A DNA stretch of 64,000 bases from Eledone cirrhosa (lineage: Eukaryota): the NCBI GenBank assembly GCA_964016885.1, contig OZ024743.1, positions 124,372,001-124,436,000 on the forward strand, written 5' to 3'. Shown one piece after another: positions 40,672 to 60,125 of this stretch. The translations under genes were made by a program, and so were the position numbers. The notes under the pieces are model-generated. The model ran no database searches. It saw only the letters and a program-made list of their open reading frames with translations, and had not been told where the DNA came from. Numbering within the stretch: the stretch's first letter is position 1; each line of letters starts with the position of its first letter.

Positions 40672-40726
40672 TAACAGATTAAAGTTTAAGCCCTCTTTGT
40701 ATTTTAGTCTTCAAATTTATTATTAT

Positions 40727-40799
<73 letters not shown>

Positions 40800-40859
40800 T
40801 AGATAGATAGATAGATAGATAAATATACACGGGTGTGTATGATTGTGTATAGAAGATTA

Positions 40860-41371
40860 TATTAATAAGAGGAATTCCAACTTTGTCTGATTTACTCGTT
40901 TTATTTACAATCCTTTAAAATTTATAATGGTATTATATGAAATAGTATGATAGAATATTAAATGTTAAGTGTTAATTGAACAAGTACTTTCATGCTTTCG
41001 CAATTTTCAGGTTCATAATGTGTCGTGACAGTCAAGTTTGCAATTTTCAACTGTGAAAATTGAAAATTGAAAATTGAAAATAGAAAATAGAAAATTGAAA
41101 ATTGAAAATTGAAAATTGAAAATTGAAAATTGAAAATTGAAAATTGAAAATTGAAAATTGAAAATTGAAAATTGAAAATTGAAAATTGAAAATTGAAAAC
41201 TTGATTGTCACCACACATTATGAACCTGAAGATTGCGAAAGCATGAAAGTACTTGTTCAATTAACACTTAACATTTAATATTCTATCATACTATTTCATT
41301 ATAATACCATTATAAATTTTAAAGGATTGTAAATAAAACGAGTAAATCAGACAAAGTTGGAATTCCTCTTA

Positions 41372-41376
<5 letters not shown>
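40860..41376. repeat. Fold-back insert with ~190-bp inverted arms around a (GAAAATT)n array; HHR at 41221-41259 (+)
   Basis: 40860-41050 is approximately the reverse complement of 41185-41376; tgaac-CTGAAGA-ttgc gaaa gcat-GAAA-gtactt-gttca; same family at 27937-28085. Confidence 0.85.
41055..41199 (+). repeat. (GAAAATT)n heptamer array, about 20 copies
   Basis: Directly visible. Confidence 0.95.
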
Positions 41377-41414
<38 letters not shown>

Positions 41415-41983
41415 CACGAATGACCATAGGATTTGCACCTAGAAAATTTCCCTCGAAGGCACAAGTCCGAGCAAAGTTGTTTGTGGAAGACCAGCAGTCA
41501 CCCATGCGTACCAGCCTCCTCTCTCCACGCCACCGATGATGTCCAAGGGAAAGGTGAAAGCCGATACAGCTTGACGCCATTGACGTCGCAACTAATTTCT
41601 ACAGCTGAGTAAACTGGAACAACGTGAAATAAAGTGTCTTACTCAAGGACACAACGCATCACCCAGTCCGAGAATCGAACTCACAACCTTCCGATAGCAA
41701 GCCCAATGCTCTAACCACAAAGCCATGCGCATATACACACACACGCACATACACACACACATGAATCCTTAATTGCTCGCTCGCTCGCGCAACCATGCAC
41801 ACGAATATCTGTGAATACACACGCATTGTTACACCACCAATTACACTAAAATACACACACACACCCACATTCACCGGTGACGAGAAAGTTCTCCAGGAAA
41901 GTTAACAAGGAATTTAAAAAAAAATCTCCCCACCGAAGTTAACAAAGAACTTACTAGATCAACAAAACCAAATTGTAAAATTA

Positions 41984-42106
41984 TCTATATATCTAAAACA
42001 GAGAATATCTGTCTGTCTGCCTGTCTTCCTAAAACTCGACAATCACCCAACCGACTTTTTTCAAACTTTACACATGTAATACTTATGGTCGTGTGACTGT
42101 TTTGAG

Positions 42107-42108
<2 letters not shown>
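41984..42108 (+). mobile_element. Helitron-like 5' end fragment
   Basis: a|tctatatatctaaaac...ctgtctgtctg...caaccgact..tttcaaactttaca is similar to the Helitron 5' ends at 35181(-) and ~48500(+). Confidence 0.5.
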
Positions 42109-42185
<77 letters not shown>

Positions 42186-42197
42186 CATACATACATA

Positions 42198-42660
42198 CAG
42201 GTTGCGGAGGGTATTTGAGGACAGATTTATGGTTTAAAAAGAAAACGCTAATAAAATAACATAAAACTTAAAGCTAAGTTGTCAATTTAATAATTTCATT
42301 CAACAAAACCACCATAAGCATCAATAACTACCTCTACGTGTGGTCGAAATCGTTTACAAGCTCGGATTAAGTGGTCCTTGTTCATATCGGACAGACTCGA
42401 ACTATTGCGGCTTTCACAGAATCTTTGGTGCTATGGCGGTGTTCATTGACATTTTTCTCAGCAGTGCTTCATACATAGTAGTCCAGTGGATTGAGATCTG
42501 GAGAATTAGGAGGCCAAATGTTGGGGGGTGGGGGTGGGGGTGATTATGCAATTTTATGGCCATCCATTCTTGTGTCCTTTGAGTCTTGTGTGATGGTGCA
42601 GAATATTGTTGAAAGACATTAGGCCTTCCATTGCATACACTGTTGATCCAAGGCTTAACA
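42198..42660 (-). mobile_element. Degenerate Tc1/mariner-like transposon fragment
   Basis: ta|cagg terminus; minus-strand remnants similar to DDE C-terminus (FQQ..APSH, WPPNSPDLNPLDY). Confidence 0.6.
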
Positions 42661-42744
42661 ACTTTAAAATAACAGATTAAAATAACAGATTAAAGTTTAA
42701 GCAAATAATCGCTGCTTTTAATATACATACATACATACATACAT

Positions 42745-45700
42745 CAGTCAACGCGATCAGTCGCATATTTTGGCGTGGGAGACTATTTATTAAATTTAAG
42801 ATGAATACTATCTCCGACAGTATTGCCATAACTACAGCCAGGTTGAATAACTGGTTATTCTTCTAACTATCCCTTCTGAAGACACCTTTTATTCGAATTC
42901 GTAGAGATATCCGACTAAATACATAATTAATTTTACAAGGATTTGCTACAAACAGCAGGGCTGAACACAACATCAACAAAAAAATTAAGGAAGTACCGAA
43001 GACAAATAACAAAGAAGGTAATCAAACTTTATTCAGTTGTAGCTACAGAAGAAACCGAAATTATAAATCGCATTTCTCTTGGAGTTGCGAACTTAATAAT
43101 GATTTATTTAATTGTTATAAAATGGCAAAAAACAATCTCTCCATTGGCTATATGAATAGAATGAAGCTACACTGGGACGAAATGCACCCAGAGCTAAATT
43201 ATTTCACAGCGAAACAATTACGCCAACAAGCGACGTTTGTTGAACGTAAAAATATGATAAATATTATTAATTGGAAATCCCCCACAACAAACATAGAATC
43301 AACAACACGTGCTACAGATCGCCATGCTACTAGACTTCCTAGCAGCCAGGTCGAACAGCGCCTTGAAACAACTATGCCTGTAAGAAATTTGACACCACCT
43401 GTACCATCTAAGTCTACCTCGAATGCTGGGGAAAACACTATCGATAATAATAATAATCGAATAAATGTGACACCACGTATACCATCCGAGTCTACCTCGA
43501 CTATCAATAATTATAATCAAAAGTATAAACAATTGAAAATTTCCCTCAACGAAATCTTCCAGAGAGAAATTAACTCATGTATAAATGTCTCTCTGGCTGA
43601 ACGTGTTAAAATGACAATGGTGAATAAAAAAACAAATAATGAAATACTACGTGTTATTGACGAAATAGGGGATGAATATTTACGACGGATAAAACCCCCA
43701 ACATTTTGGCAAATCAACGCCTGTTTATACGCCTTAGCAATGACAGTGAAGCATTATCTTGGTGATAGCAGAGATATTAACAAGAACAAAACACCACCAA
43801 AAATACCATCAGATATAACTAAAATATAAAAAAAGAGTGCTGACCTACGAAAAAACAGGACATGTGACAATGCTCCTTACATGCAAACAAACACAAAAAA
43901 ACTTCACTCCTCACCAACAAAGAGTGAAAAATAAAATAGAGACGATGTTTGGTAACAGTAGAACCAGAACTCTCCAATATAAGCTGATCACCCTCAAACA
44001 AGAATTGAGAGCTGTTAGCGAAAAACACCTATACCTGAAGAAGGTAGATGAGAGAAAAATGCTTAATAAAAGATTCAGACGAAACCAAACATCAGTCTAT
44101 AGAGATATGAAGGGCAAAATAATAAGTGTCACTGAGGCCCCATCCCAGAAAGACATAGATTCCTTTTAGAGAAAAATATGGAGTGAAAAGAAGAATTTCA
44201 ACCAAGATGCAGTGTGGCTAAGAGAAATCCGAAAGAACTATTGCTCCTATACTACAACAAAAACATACGAAATAAGTGAGGGCACCCTTGAGACTGTGAT
44301 AGGAAAACTCCAAGATAAGAAAACACCAGGAAGAGACATGATTGTCGGCTACTGGTACAAAAAACTAATATTCTATCGGAGGTATCTTACTGACATCTAC
44401 CAACAAGTTCTTAAGGGAGATACACTTATACCAGAATGGTTGACATTAGTACAAACGTTACTGGTCCCCAAGAACAAAGACACCCACTTGGCAAAAAACT
44501 ACCGACCCATTGCATGCCAGAACCTGATGTATAAGATGTATACAGCCTGCCTAAACCTATTCCTCCAAGATCACTGTGAAAATAATAACATCATCACAGA
44601 TGAACAAGCAGCTGGAAAGAAAAGGGTTTGGGGATGTGCTGAACAACTCCTAATCAACAAAACTGCGATGTCGGAGGTGAGACAACTTAGGAGGAATATG
44701 ACTACAGTCTGGCTGGACTACAGGAAAGCTTTCGATTCTGTTCCCCACTCTTGGATGATAGAGGCCCTCCAACTTGCTAAAGTCCCAGACATTGTTGTCA
44801 GAGCCATAGAGAAGCTGTCTTCTTCTTGGGCTACTATCCTAAGGTTAAAGACAGAGAGGGAGGACTCTATTTTCACTGATAAAATAAAATATTGCAGGGG
44901 TATATTTCAGGGGCACAGTCTCTCTGTGATATTGTTCATCTTGTCATTAAACCCCTTGTCCTTTCTGCTCAAGAAATGTGAGGGATACATCATTGGCTCA
45001 CAGGAGGACAGCAATACGAACCTAACCCATAACTTCTTTGTGGACGATCTGAAACTCTATGCCAAGAACATGGATGGGATGAAGAAAAATCTTGACCTGG
45101 TTACAACGTTCTCAAAGGATATAGGAATGGAGTTTGGCCAAGATAAATGCTCAAACATGACTGTAAAGCGGGGAAAAACAACAACCCAATCTAGCAACAT
45201 TGTCATCAATGGTCTAACTGTTTCACCGATATCTGATGAGGACTGCTACAGATACCTGGGGATAGATGAGAACATATCCTATAATGGTATCTGTAATAAA
45301 GAACCCGTAACCAGGGAATACTACACCCGATTAAGAAAGATCTGGTCATCGGAACTCTCTGCGCAAAACAAAACAGTGGCTCACAATGTGTGTTGCTGTG
45401 CCTGTCCTAACACCAACGTTTGGAATACTCAATTGGACGATAGACGAAATCCGAGCAGTTGATGTTGGAACTCGAAAAATACTGAACAACACTGGAAACT
45501 TCCACATCAACAGTGACATAGACCACCTTTACTTGAAACGTAAGCAGGGAGGCAGAGGCCTAACATCAGTCCAGACAACATTTGAATGTCGCATCATATC
45601 TCCCCGACAACATCTACGAACCTCGAAGCGTAGGAGCCCGCTTCTCGAGCAAGTCTATCTGCATGAAACAAATAAGATTATGAGAGTTGGGAAGGAACTC

Positions 45701-46833
45701 CTTCAGAGATATTCCCTGTGTGATAATCAAAAACTCACACCAGGGATGTCGCTCAGCAGTATCGCAGTGAATCCATGGATGAAAAACTGCATGCCTATCA
45801 GCAAAAAATCATGCTTGGATATGTTGCCAGTAAGCTCCAGAGTGAGAGTAATACAGATAAGGAAAGTAGTCTATCTTGGACCAACAACCGCTATATTGGC
45901 TCCCACTTTGAAGGATACGCTTTTGCAATCCAAGAACAGGAGATTAGCACGAAATACCTGATTCACAAAAGCGATAGGGATGCAGGCAAAACACCTAGAT
46001 GTGATAACAAGTGCAGACTCTGCAGAACTAACATCGAGGATATCACCCATGTCATCAGCAGCTGTCCAAAGATGTCATCGCGGTACTATCTACCTATGAG
46101 GCATGACGTAGTGGCCAAAACACTGTACAATGCAGTTAGTAAAAAAGATAGCCCCGATAATAAACACATTAAAAGCTACAACAATGTGGAAGACATCCAT
46201 GTACATAATATAAAAGAGTACTGGTGGAATGTTCCAGTAAAAACCCCTATAAAATGCAGGCATAACAGACCAGATATTATGATATGGGACAGGGAGAAGA
46301 AAATATGCACAGAAGTGGAAATTAGCTGCCCAGCAGATGCCAATATAATATCAAAGATTAATGAAAAGGAGAATATTTATGCAGAACTGATGAGAAATCT
46401 GCAGATACTCCACCCTGATTACACCTTCAGATTTATTCCTGTGATTATTGGGGCACTGGGGTATGTTAGTAACTGCCTCAATACAAATCTTGAGACGCTA
46501 GGCTTCACAGGAACAGAAAGAACACAACTAGTTAGGAAACTACAAGTACAATCCATTAATGGAACAGTAAAAATAAGTAAAACATTCCAAAAATTTTGCA
46601 TCTAATAACTGCATATACACATGTACAGATACAACGCATATACACATGCACACATACAACTCAAAACATCCACATCCACACATACAATAACATCCATATC
46701 TACACATGCAGACATACATACATATCTACCTAGTTGATGTTGTGTAAATTTCAATGAGAGACTCTTGTGTCTATGTTAGAAACCGACTCTCTCTCTATTG
46801 GTAAAACTTTGTGAAATTATAAAACCAGAAGAA
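42745..46833 (+). mobile_element. Near-full-length R4/Dong-like non-LTR retrotransposon (RT plus restriction-like endonuclease), several stops/frameshifts, inserted in (CATA)n
   Basis: NYRPIAC, WLDYRKAFDSVPH, GIFQGHSLS, FVDDLKLY, YRYLG, GGRGL, CCHC finger CRLC..EDITHVISSC, RHD, RPDIMIWD..EISCP (PD..D/E RLE); catac repeats at both ends. Confidence 0.95.
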
Positions 46834-46835
46834 CA

Positions 46836-46963
<128 letters not shown>

Positions 46964-47171
46964 TATATACATATATATATACATATATATATACATATAT
47001 ATATATACATATATATATACTTATATATATACATATATATATATATACATATATATATACATATATATATATATACATATATATATACATATATATATAC
47101 ATATATATATATATACATATATATATACATATATATGTATGTATGTATGTCTGTATGTATGTATGTATGTC

Positions 47172-47228
<57 letters not shown>

Positions 47229-47259
47229 ATGTATGTATGTATGTATGTATGTACGTATG

Positions 47260-47316
<57 letters not shown>

Positions 47317-47321
<5 letters not shown>

Positions 47322-47710
47322 TAAACGGAATAGAAAATGCTGACAAATTGTTCACAGTTGAAAAATGGTTTAATTAGGAATAAAAGAGTATTAGTGATTG
47401 TATGGGTTAGTATTCAGTTGTGGTTTTAAGTTTTTAAGTTTTTACCGGTTGCGCATTTCTAAATGCTTTTCAAAAATAATTTTGAGATAGAGTGTCCGTG
47501 CTGTTTGCTCTGATCTGAGCAAACAGCACGGACACTCTATCTCAAAATTATTTTTGAAAAGCATTTAGAAATGCGCAACCGGTAAAAACTTAAAAACTTA
47601 AAACCACAACTGAATACTAACCCATACAATCACTAATACTCTTTTATTCCTAATTAAACCATTTTTCAACTGTGAACAATTTGTCAGCATTTTCTATTCC
47701 GTTTACCAAT
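47317..47710. repeat. Perfect palindrome: 194-bp arms, 6-bp spacer, in (TA)n
   Basis: 47317-47510 is the reverse complement of 47517-47710; spacer tgatct. Confidence 0.92.
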
Positions 47711-47744
47711 ATATAATAACTTGTGTGTTACACCTCTATTCTTT

Positions 47745-47794
<50 letters not shown>

Positions 47795-47917
47795 GAAGCG
47801 ATTCTTTGCTTAAACTTTAATCTGTTATTTTAATAAATATTTGCTCTACGGTTCTTATATATTTGATATATATTTATCCTTATCGAGCCCTCTTTGGATT
47901 TTAGTCTTCAAATTTAT

Positions 47918-48030
<113 letters not shown>

Positions 48031-48499
48031 CACAGAGGTATCCACTGTAAGTTGTGGGGTCTATTCTGTATGAAGAACTCAATGTAATCCATATGTTGAA
48101 AATGTTGTAGGTTAAGATAAATCTCAGAAAACAATAAAACATTAAAAGGAAAACAGAGTCATGATATAAGTTAAAACAATGAAATAAAAAATCAAGTCAT
48201 TAGAGATATACTTCACTGCTTTACGATCGTTTCTAGATGGTGATAATACATTGTATCTATACTCAGTTATTGGGTGTTAGGCGCCGGTTATCCATCTCCG
48301 TAGCGTTCTTATAATATCTGTCTGTATGCCTTATAATATCTATCTGCATTACGACATTCTGACGAACATTGATGACGTATTATGTTCGCTATTTTCCGTT
48401 CATTGCCAGGGAACGGCTTCACGAACCAAAGTATCGTCTTCCTGTTTTCCTTCGGTTACAACGTTTTTCGAAATATTTACTTCTGAGTTCACAGATTGA

Positions 48500-49108
48500 T
48501 TTTTTTTAGTTTGTGTGTGTGTGTGTGTGAAACCCGAGAAGTACCCAACCGATTTTTTTCAAACTTTACATGTGTATTACTTATGTTTCAGGGAGTGTTA
48601 AGCACATAAAAAAGGCAACCTTTTGAGCCCCTAGGGCCGGCATTAGGTGAAAAACTGCGTTTTTCAGGTTTTTAGGTTTTTTTTTGAGGCGTTACGTCAG
48701 ACCGATTTCCTTGAAATTGTAACTATGTATTAGTCAGTCTCTTTTTCATACCGTCAGCAAAGAAAATCCAACTTTTTTATGGCCTAGGGCCCGCTTTAAG
48801 TGAAAAACTTAATTTTTTTACAGCTTTTTATGACTTTTTTGAGGCGTTACGTCTAGCCAATTTTCCCGAAATTTCAAGGCATATTATGCACATAAAAAAT
48901 CCTTTTCTTGTCCCCTAGGGCCAGCATTAGGTGAAAACCTGCATTTTCCTGCTTCATCGAGGAAAATCTTAAAGATTATCCAGCCATCAGAGTATTCGGT
49001 TTATTTTCTTTACATATTGTCCAGGCATGCAGTTTTTCCACGATTAGGTCTGTTGGCGGCCCGCGTTCCAAAAGACCTTATCCCGTGCAACTCCGGGTAC
49101 CACTGCTA

Positions 49109-49109
<1 letters not shown>
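48500..49109 (+). mobile_element. Non-autonomous Helitron (3' end clear) with internal ~150-bp imperfect repeats
   Basis: Ends cccgtgcaactccggg hairpin + ctgCTAG|t; ccctagggcc...aggtgaaaa recurs three times. Confidence 0.7.
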
Positions 49110-49168
<59 letters not shown>

Positions 49169-49560
49169 CCGGCTGGCATATTGAAAGCCTACCGTATAAT
49201 GTCTGGAGAAGCAGAAATGTTATAACGACTAGTAAATCCATATTATTGTTTCTAGCATAGACACAAGGCCAGCTTTTTGGGAGGAGAAGAAAGTCAATTA
49301 CATCAACCCTAGTGCTTTACTGGTTCTATATTTTATTGAGCTTGGAAAAATAAAAGAGAAAGTTAACCTGAACTCAGAACACAAAGACCCGTAAATAAAT
49401 GCCATAAAACATTTTGTTTGACGCTCTAAAGATTCAGTAAATCTTGGGCTAATAACAGAATACTGGGAGATTGTGTTATATAAACCATGGTTCCGGGTAT
49501 AGGTCCACTGGGATTCCTGAGACCCTTTAAGAGTGAATACTGAAACGGAGAATTCCACCG

Positions 49561-49658
<98 letters not shown>

Positions 49659-50818
49659 ATATATATACATATGTAAATTGTAAATCTCACTCACATAGTT
49701 GGCTTTTTACGCCTAGGTCAGATGTGAAATGTAGATTTCATACACCACCTAGTATGTCCAGGCCAAATGCGAAATGTGCACCCCAATTCAAACTGTTCAT
49801 TAAGTATTTTAGGAATCAATGCTAATTTCATATGGTTTATGCGTAGGTTACAGATATATGTTAAAATAAATGCAATGTTCATTAATTAGTCACAAATAAC
49901 AAAACAATAAACATTTCCAAATCCTAGGCCCATGCCAACAGACCGACCTAGCCTCATGTGTGATCTGGGCTGCTGACATCACCGATGCTTTTTGCTGAAG
50001 GCATAATGAAATCACCCATTAAGCTACAGCTTATTTCATGCTACATTTTTATAGCTAGTTGGACTAAGCCAGCGAATGTTAATTGCTTTTGTAATGAATT
50101 GTATCGTGATATGAAGTTGTCTAACAAGTCAGTCAAAGGGTGATGTTGCTATTTCTAATCTGTAAATCTGTATTGTTAAAGAAAAAAGAAAACTTCATGC
50201 GTTTGACCGTAAACTTTGCATGTTAACGAAAATAATGAAAAAGATATATTAAACGATAAAAAATAAGCATCGTCGTTTACAATAAATTTTACTCAAACGA
50301 AATATTGGATCACATAATATACAAACGGAGAATAACAGAGAATAACATTAAAGCCTTGTCAGAAACATTAACGAATCAAAACTGCACCGTGAAAAATTGT
50401 TTCTGTGTTAACCTCTAGTCGATTCTGCATACAGCCTGTATCTATCTCTATCGAGTGTGTACACGATCACAAAATAAACTACTAGAGCCGTCATTTGTAA
50501 TTTGTGTGCCAAGCTTTCGCTATAGGTTTTAGGTGCACATGCATTTGTGAGCAGGCACAGAGACCTTTTCGACTCACCCTCCCTTGAACCAGCGAAACAT
50601 ACAGAGTGTGATAGCTAGAGATAGAACTGCACCAACATTAAGCTGATACTTACTTTTATCGAATTATTGTTTTCCTGATCAAGCATTCCATTTTTTAAAG
50701 CTACATCGTTTCGAATTCAATCTCACTGTATGGCACACTTTCGGCAAGTCTCTTCCTTGAGTTGACTAATGCCCCTTGTGAAAGAAATTTGGTAGATAGA
50801 AACTACAGAAGTATGCCG

Positions 50819-50861
<43 letters not shown>

Positions 50862-50943
50862 AAAGTATTTCCGAAGAAAAAGCAAAGGAAAAGATAGTGC
50901 TCTATGTATAGAACAGAGCTATTTAATTAGAAAGTGTTTGTTC

Positions 50944-55588
<4,645 letters not shown>

Positions 55589-55944
55589 GCTCTGAGGATA
55601 ATATTGACACACTTATTTGTTTATTTTTAATGGACTAATATCGATTTATATTCGACGTCTCAACATCTATGTCCTTTCTTACTGTGCAGTATTTGAAACA
55701 ACCTGTCAGCCATTAAATATATACATGTATTCATAAATCTTTGTTGTTCTCTCCACCATTTTAAATCTGATCTTTTGTTCTGCTTATTATTCGATTGTTA
55801 ATCTATCTTTCTTTGCATGTAATCGCATGGCTCGCTAGTCTAACAACCTATATGCATTGAGCACACTAACCTTCTCTATACTGGCTCGTAATCTGAATAA
55901 CTAATCATCTTTCTCTCCTCCTTATTAGCTAACTTGCTTTTTAC

Positions 55945-55986
<42 letters not shown>

Positions 55987-56075
55987 TTAAACGATATACA
56001 TAAAATTGTTTTCAAATATCAAGTTGAGACACAACTAGTATTGTGTACATATATGTACATGTTATGTACATATAT

Positions 56076-56258
56076 GGTGGATTGGTAGTATAGGTAGAGA
56101 GTCGGACGCCATGCTGCTTTCCAGCATAGTTACGTTTCTTTACGATCTGAGTTAAAATCCCGCCGAGGTTAACTTTGCCTTTCATCCTTACGGAGTCGAT
56201 AAAATAAAGTACCAGTAATGTACTGGATAATTGCTGGCCTTGTGCCAATAGTAGAAAC
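56076..56258 (+). mobile_element. Nin-domain-like SINE
   Basis: Same family as 9306-9518; more diverged copies at ~8215-8350, 29820-29980, 49245-49440, 58225-58430, 58600-58780 and 60160-60290. Confidence 0.85.
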
Positions 56259-56282
56259 AATTATGTACATATATATATATAT

Positions 56283-56514
56283 AGAACGACAAATAATAAA
56301 TGTACTCACTTAAAGAAAGACTCAAACCAAAATCACCTAAAGTTCACTTGTACGGCAGTTTCAAGCATTCTAGAACATGTCTCATATAACCTATTTTAAT
56401 GGTTGGCGATTATAAGCGTCATATTCTGGAATTCATGAAACGGCCGTATAAGTGAACTTTAGGTAACTTTGGCATGGTTTTTTTATATAAGTGAATACAT
56501 TTATTATTCGTCGT

Positions 56515-56520
<6 letters not shown>
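56283..56520. repeat. Diverged fold-back insert between (TA)n tracts
   Basis: gaacgac.aataataaatgta.tcactta...cctaaagttcactt.tacggc.gtttca is mirrored by tgaaacggccgtataagtgaactttagg...tacatttattattcgtcgttc. Confidence 0.75.
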
Positions 56521-56551
<31 letters not shown>

Positions 56552-56833
56552 TGATGCCATATGTAAAAACTCTAGTATTCCGATGATTTGATCAGAGGTA
56601 AACACTGTATTTAAGGTCGAGTGACGCAACTTCGAGTGATTAGTGGCGTTTAGACTCACCTGATCAATGAAACAACTGTTAATACCTGAAATATAACCCT
56701 TTTAGTACAGCTGACCATGTTATTCTTCAATTTTTCACTATATATATATATATATAGTAATAATAATAAAATTGAAGATCCCGTTAAGCGTGAAAGCAGC
56801 GATTCTTTGCTTAAACTTTAATCTGTTATATTA

Positions 56834-56923
<90 letters not shown>

Positions 56924-57557
56924 TAGACCACCCGTGACCCGTTGGGTCACGTTTACTTAAAAATAATTTAAAATAATTTCTAAATAATTAAGATATACAC
57001 ATACACAGACATGTATATAATGTGAAATGAAACTGGAAGGCCCATATATATATACGTGTGTGTATGTGTATATATAAATGTATGTTTGTATACATATGTG
57101 TGTGTGTATATATATATATATATATGTGTGGGTGTCTGTGATCTATATACACTGGTCATAGACACACACACACACAACACACATATACACATATATATAC
57201 ACACACACACTCACATTTACATATACACAACACCACCAGCTCTCTCTTTCTCTCTTCCATTCTCAATCTCTGTCTCCTCTCCCTCTCTCTATGTCTCTCT
57301 ATCAATCTACTCTCTCACAACCACTATCTCTTTCTCTCTTTCCTTCTCTCTCTCTCTGTTTATTAAGGTACCTCCCCAAAAACCCATATCTCTGGAATCC
57401 GTGCTTCGATTTACGCGAAACTTGTTTTATTCCATTTGTATTCGCATTTCAGGGTCAACTTCCTTTCAAAGTATTTTTCCATTATGCGCCCTTTTGGCTG
57501 TATTACATTACAGACAAGCAAGCAATCACAGAATTTTAGTAATATGTATGTATATAC

Positions 57558-57646
<89 letters not shown>

Positions 57647-59090
57647 CGCGCGCGCGTGCGTAATGCTAGTTGTTTCTCAACTTGATAAATGAAAAAGAAT
57701 TTTTGTATATCGCTTAAATTTGTATAAATTATCTTCTGAGCTTAATGTTCATTGAACTTTCTTTGTTGAGTAACATAATCAATATATATATGTGTATGTG
57801 TGTATATATGTATGTGTACGTATGCACGCGTGTGTGATTATTTTTACTGTTTGTTTAACTGTTAAACAAAAACAGATCAATGAAATAAGTATCAAACTTG
57901 AAAAAACTAATTACTAAGGTGGAGGTGGAGGGTAGGGGGGGGGGGCAATATAATCAACTAAATCCGTTCACTGAAGCAGCATCATAGCCGCAAGCTAATG
58001 ACTAAAAACAATAATGAAAAATAAAAATAAAAAAGAAAAGTGACAAAGAAAATCCACTGCTCATATCGACTGGTTTCATTTTTGATCATCATTGTTTTAT
58101 TACTAGATGTGTAAAAAGTACCGGACTGGAATCGAACATGTGTTTAGAAATACACATCAGAAATATGACAAATGGTGATGGCCGGAGATCAAATCGTACG
58201 AAATGTAACGTAAATATAAATATTGGTTTCTAATTTAGGCACAAGACCAGTAAGTTCTGGGGAAGGGCAAAGTTGATTAAATCAACTCCCAGTATGGTAC
58301 TTTATTTTATTGACTTCGTAAGGATGAAAGGTGACGTTGACTTCGGTGGAATGAGAACTCAGAATGCAAAGAGCCAGAGCAAATACAGCAAATGTGTTTT
58401 ATCCAACGCTCTACCAATTCTTCCAATCTACCTTAGCATAGATATAAATATCAAAATATTTTTCATCTCAAAGATAAGGTTAATAGTATGAATCATCATA
58501 ATCACCTGTCATTTGAGGATGTTGTGATGTTCATGGTTTTCTAACAACATTAACGACAAAAGTAAAGTAAAATACTTTTAGCTGGGAATTTAACTACTTC
58601 AACGATGTTGACTCGCCGTGAATAATATTTCTATTATTTCTTTATCATTTTAAATTTTGTCAGGGTTGACTGTATATTTCGTACTTTCGGAGTCGATAGA
58701 ATAAAGTAACTCTCAAGTGGGTTTCATTTAGTTAACTATTTCCTTCCCACAAAATATTGTGCTCTTGTAACAAAGTTAGAATTCAGTATCTCCTTTCACA
58801 TATATCCGCAGTTCGCTGAACTCATGTGTATTCGAAATTCTAAGTAGAAGAGAAAGAGAGAGAGAGGGGGGGGGGGGGGAGAATCACATTTTGAAAATAC
58901 GCTAGCGCATTGCAACAAACTTTCCTGGTAAGTGAATGCTAGCCTACAATATTTAGAGCGTATAGCAAGACAGATTCGATAATTGAGCAAGATATGAATC
59001 GCCTACCTGACTGTTTGTCAACATTTTGATTCAGCTCTCAGAGTTATTATGACCAGAATTACAGCCAAATCTCACGAGAAAGAACATCAT

Positions 59091-59121
<31 letters not shown>

Positions 59122-59518
59122 AGCAGCAACAATAATCATTGAAGCTTTGATCATTGTACTTGACGGAGCATAGCAAAGGTACAAACCGGAACCAAGTAGG
59201 CAGGTTTGGTTTGATGATGTTATTGCTGTTACGGAGATTTAAAGCTGTCATTCAACATTTCAGTTCTGTTTTCGTTAGATATATTTTTAACCGAATGGAG
59301 ATAATAATAGTCAATGCTTGAGCATAATACAACTTACCGCCAGAAAAGGGCAAATGACACACTGGATAAGGTAATCCTGGATACACACAGCCTAGAAAAA
59401 GAACATAAGAAAGTTATATGGACACTGCTGGAATACTTTTGGTAAGAAATGAGCTCAATAATGAATTAAACATCAACGACAACAAGGTTAATCAAGGTAG
59501 TTTAATGATGTAAATATA

Positions 59519-59691
59519 CAGGTAAAATTCCGCTATAACAAATACCATTATAACGAATTTTTCAGTATAACAAAAGTTTTTCAATTCCCGGCCACACGCA
59601 CGATGTGTTAAATCGATCTCGTTATAAAGAATTTTTCATTACAACGAATTTTTGTATACCCCGTGAATTTCGTTATAACGGAATTTCACTG
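59519..59691. mobile_element. pogo/Tc1-type MITE with TA TSD
   Basis: ta|caggtaaaattccgctataaca ... cgttataacggaatttcactg|ta. Confidence 0.75.
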
Positions 59692-60034
59692 TATAGGTCT
59701 GGGAGCAAGATATACACGAGTAGTGAGGTAGGATATTGACAACAAAGTTGAAGTCTAATAACTACACCCAGTAATGAAAATAGGCTCTAGGGTATAAAGT
59801 TTACTGGGAACTTATTGGATATTCTTGATAATAAATTGTGAAGCAGAAGAAACGAAGCGTAATCATTTAGTACTTGATATGATTAAATCTCTTACCACAC
59901 ACCATCCAGTTTGTGTGTGTGTCTATATATAAATCCTACACTCATAACTCCTCATGGACTCGTAGAGGTGGACTTGTAGAGGCACTGTAGTGTCAAGCAG
60001 AGTTTCTTGAGCAGAGAGAGAGAAGAGAGAGAGA

Positions 60035-60125
<91 letters not shown>

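Noticed and set aside
42745-42800. Possible HDV-like ribozyme at the 5' end of the R4/Dong element
   Set aside because: Only a simple hairpin is visible; I could not build the nested double pseudoknot by eye
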